In this document: positions 29,276 through 32,000 of the stretch, piece by piece | Numbering within the stretch: the stretch's first letter is position 1 | Layout: each line of letters begins with the position of its first letter | Source of the DNA: Alkanindiges sp. WGS2144 | GTDB taxonomy: Bacteria; Pseudomonadota; Gammaproteobacteria; Pseudomonadales; Moraxellaceae | Direction: 5' to 3' (one strand) | Assembly: GCF_043950625.1 (NCBI RefSeq) | Contig: NZ_CP171007.1 | Length of the DNA stretch: 32,000 bases | Notes under the pieces: generated by a model | Told to the model about the DNA's origin: nothing | The model's input: only the letters and a program-made list of their open reading frames with translations | Database searches by the model: none | Position numbers and translations under genes: made by a program

Positions 29276-29568
29276 GGGTACTACAGCTTTTATACAGGGT
29301 TAAGAGGCAGTCTACCGAAGCCATGGCAAGGCGTCAAAACCTTACTGAATTTGACTCGTGTTTGGACGTCAACCTAAATAGGGCAAGTTACGTTATTCAG
29401 CAGGATGATTAAAATTAGCAGTTTTTATTTTTTAACTTTGTCAGTAATATGGTGGAATTGCAACATTCGTTGACATTCTAACCCGGTAATGGGCTTGGAG
29501 AGAAGGGATACTCTTCATACAATGTGGCATTTTGATGAACTGTGGTTTAACCTGGGTGGTAGAAAAAT

Positions 29569-32000
29569 ATGCAATATTCTGTACAGACCGTTGAGCAAAT
29601 GTCGGGAACAAAGCGCAGATTGCTGGCATTGACGGTCGCCTTGATGGCAGCAGGAATTGTCAGCGGCTGTTCCAGCACTCCACAAAAAAAGCCTCAGGCA
29701 AAAAGCACAAAAACTCTTCAGGCCAAGGGACAGCAAAGCAGTGCTTTACTGGATGCCAATAGTATTGATTCACTGGAGTCGCTCTTATCGGCAACTGATA
29801 TGGCGGCTGTAGAAGGTGATCGACTGGCAGTGCTGCGCTACGGGGATGTGTGGCGGCGTATCCGGGCAGGTTTCAAGATGAACCTGAACGTTCAGAATAG
29901 CCGCATTAACGCACAGCGTAGCTGGTTTACTACTCGTCAGCCCTATATTGACCGCCTGAGTGCCCGCGCTAGCCGCTATTTATACCATACGGTAACAGAA
30001 GCTGAGCGTCGGGGGATTCCGACTGAGCTTGCACTGTTGCCGGTGATTGAAAGTTCTTATGATCCGGCTGCTACCAGTAGCGCGGCGGCCGCCGGGATGT
30101 GGCAGTTTATTCCTAGTACCGGCACCATTTATGGCCTGCGCCAGAACTCCATTTATGATGGCCGCCGGGATGTGGTGGAATCCACCCGTGCAGCTTATGA
30201 ATTTTTAACCAGCTTATATAACCAGTTTGGCTCATGGGAGCTGGCATTGGCCGCTTATAACGCAGGGCCTGGTCGTGTGCAACAGGCCATTAACCGTAAT
30301 GCGGCGGCCGGTTTACCTACCGATTACTGGTCACTCAAGTTGCCTAGCGAAACCATGAGTTATGTGCCGCGCTTTTTGGCTGTGGCGCAGATCATCCGTA
30401 ATCCTGAACAATACGGCATATATTTGCCTGCTATTGCCAACCGCCCGCACTTTAGGGAGGTACAGCTACCCGGTGTGGTGGATTTAACGCTGGCAGCCTC
30501 TATTGCGGGCTTAAGTTATCAGGAGTTATATGAATTAAATCCGGGCTTTAGAAGCAGTTATACTGACCCGATGGGTCCTAATCGCTTGCTGATACCAGCC
30601 GCCTTAAGTGCCCAGGTCGATCAGCGCTTGCGTACCATGCCTACACTGGCACAGACCAACCCCGGTTTAATGGCAAGCCTTGGGCCGGTTGGCGGAGCAG
30701 TGATTTTAAATGGTAGTAATCGCTCAGGGAATAGTTTTAGCACTCAGCAGGCTGCGGCACTGATGAGCGCAGGTACCGTAAACCGGAACAATACGTCATC
30801 AATTATCACTACACCGGCAAGTAGTAACGCCAATACTACAGTGACTACTACGCTCAGCCAGGGTAATAAAGTATTATCAACCAACACCACGGCAGCTGCT
30901 AAACCAGCAGCACCAACTCCTGCTGCTCCTGTGGTTTCTACTCCGGTAGCCCCAGCCAGTAGTGGACTATGGGCGCAAAATACCAAGCGCCAGCCAACGC
31001 CGACATCAGCCAGTGCCTTGGCTGCCTTTGCCAGTCAGGCTGACCTGCCTAGCAGCCCACGAATTCCGGTTGCCGTCACACCGGCGCGTAATGTACAGCC
31101 TATTGGTGAGCCACCTTTGAGTGAGGCAGAACTGCGTGGCCTAAGCGTGGCCAAAAGTCCTGTAGCCCCTAAAGCAGAGCCACAGGCAACCGCTGAAGAA
31201 AAAGCAAAAATTGTTGCTGAACTCCAGGCACTGGCACCGGCCGGAACACAAGTGGTTGACCCGCTGGATGGCAAAATCAAGCTTACTGCTATCCAGACCA
31301 GCCAGTCGGTTGCTGAGTCCAAGGGGCAGGAACTCAAAATCAAATATGAACAGCCTGTCCTACTGGCACAAAAACCAGCGGCCAGTGAGGTCAAGCAAAA
31401 ACCGTCTGCGGTAATTGTGGATACTACCAAAAAGCCTCAGGGCGAGCGTAGTGTACATGTGGTGCAATCAGGCGATACCCTGGCCAATATTGCCAGCCGC
31501 TATGGGGTAAGCTGGCGTGATGTTGCCAGCTGGAACCAGATTGATCCTAATAAATCCTTGTATGTAGGAACCAGTCTGTATTTATACAATGCCAAAAAAC
31601 CTCAGCCAGCGCGTCCAACCAGCTATACCGTACAGGCAGGTGATACCCTGACTGGTGTGGCTGCCAGATTTGGCCTGAGTAACCAGCAGCTGGCAGAAAT
31701 GAACAACCTGAGTCCTACCAGCAACCTGCTGCGCGGTGCCCGCCTGAATCTGGTGGATAGTGGAAACAGTACAACAGTAGCCAGTAGTGCCAGTGATAGC
31801 ACAACCGCCCGCAACACCCGGCCAGCCAGCACAAGTTCAGATAAACAGGACAAAGTTGAAACAGTAAGCTATAAGGTTAAGGCTGGTGAGTCAGTCGGTT
31901 CAATTGCGAATCGCTACAATATAAGCAATGAACAATTGGCATCCCTGAATACTTTTGCCCCTAATAGTTCACTACTGCTGGGGCAAACCATCAAGGTGCC
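29569..32000 (+). CDS. mltD: Membrane-bound lytic murein transglycosylase D-like lipoprotein with multiple LysM domains. The 3' end lies beyond the window edge.
   Basis: The frame is open from the ATG at 29569 (alternative ATG 29599) to the window end. Lipobox IVSGC-SS. SLT domain: ELALLPVIESSYDPAATSSAAAAGMWQFIPSTG and LAAYNAGPGRV. A Thr/Ala/Pro-rich linker spans about 30700-31450. LysM repeats start near 31453, 31624 and 31870 (YTVQAGDTL..., YKVKAGESV...). Confidence 0.88.
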   Translation, partial: MQYSVQTVEQMSGTKRRLLALTVALMAAGIVSGCSSTPQKKPQAKSTKTLQAKGQQSSALLDANSIDSLESLLSATDMAAVEGDRLAVLRYGDVWRRIRAGFKMNLNVQNSRINAQRSWFTTRQPYIDRLSARASRYLYHTVTEAERRGIPTELALLPVIESSYDPAATSSAAAAGMWQFIPSTGTIYGLRQNSIYDGRRDVVESTRAAYEFLTSLYNQFGSWELALAAYNAGPGRVQQAINRNAAAGLPTDYWSLKLPSETMSYVPRFLAVAQIIRNPEQYGIYLPAIANRPHFREVQLPGVVDLTLAASIAGLSYQELYELNPGFRSSYTDPMGPNRLLIPAALSAQVDQRLRTMPTLAQTNPGLMASLGPVGGAVILNGSNRSGNSFSTQQAAALMSAGTVNRNNTSSIITTPASSNANTTVTTTLSQGNKVLSTNTTAAAKPAAPTPAAPVVSTPVAPASSGLWAQNTKRQPTPTSASALAAFASQADLPSSPRIPVAVTPARNVQPIGEPPLSEAELRGLSVAKSPVAPKAEPQATAEEKAKIVAELQALAPAGTQVVDPLDGKIKLTAIQTSQSVAESKGQELKIKYEQPVLLAQKPAASEVKQKPSAVIVDTTKKPQGERSVHVVQSGDTLANIASRYGVSWRDVASWNQIDPNKSLYVGTSLYLYNAKKPQPARPTSYTVQAGDTLTGVAARFGLSNQQLAEMNNLSPTSNLLRGARLNLVDSGNSTTVASSASDSTTARNTRPASTSSDKQDKVETVSYKVKAGESVGSIANRYNISNEQLASLNTFAPNSSLLLGQTIKV

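Noticed and set aside
30744-31853. Minus-strand Ala/Gly/Leu-rich ORFs at 30744-30986, 31035-31430 and 31623-31853
   Set aside because: They are antisense shadows of the Thr/Ala/Pro-rich MltD linker and LysM region. The plus-strand frame is open across the whole interval.

Overview
This window reads as core chromosome of a gammaproteobacterium, most consistent with Moraxellaceae. The clues are a single ORF fusing RNase HI to the DNA polymerase III epsilon subunit, a long multi-LysM MltD, a long SbcC whose zinc hook sits near residue 603, and GC that looks mid-to-high 40s % by eye. All family calls rest on reading motifs in the supplied translations; no searches were run.

I support 26 protein-coding genes. 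In order: sbcC (cut by the left edge) and sbcD; four uncharacterised envelope genes (a secreted Cys-repeat protein, a membrane protein and two lipoproteins); dsbD plus a DsbA-like isomerase; thiO-like and hemB; a hotdog thioesterase; a hypothetical; yhbY; rlmE; ftsH; folP; a lipoprotein; rsmI; a short lpoA-like gene; yraN; a BON lipoprotein; an alpha/beta hydrolase; an erythromycin-esterase-family protein; nudC; a FimL-like protein; the rnhA-dnaQ fusion; and mltD (cut by the right edge).

The two edge-truncated genes are missing from the ORF track because they have no stop codon inside the window. I could support no rRNA, tRNA, CRISPR array, transposase, integrase or phage gene.

I do not see a convincing novel multi-gene system, and most of the window is ordinary housekeeping synteny. 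The leads most worth follow-up are:
- the 552-aa FimL-like protein tightly linked to nudC
- the short, non-lipoprotein LpoA-like protein whose start sits almost head-to-head with rsmI
- the uncharacterised envelope cluster at 4.6-7.9 kb
- structured non-coding spacers upstream of dsbD and between ftsH and folP
- the very Gln-rich, CTG/TTG-biased coiled-coil region of sbcC
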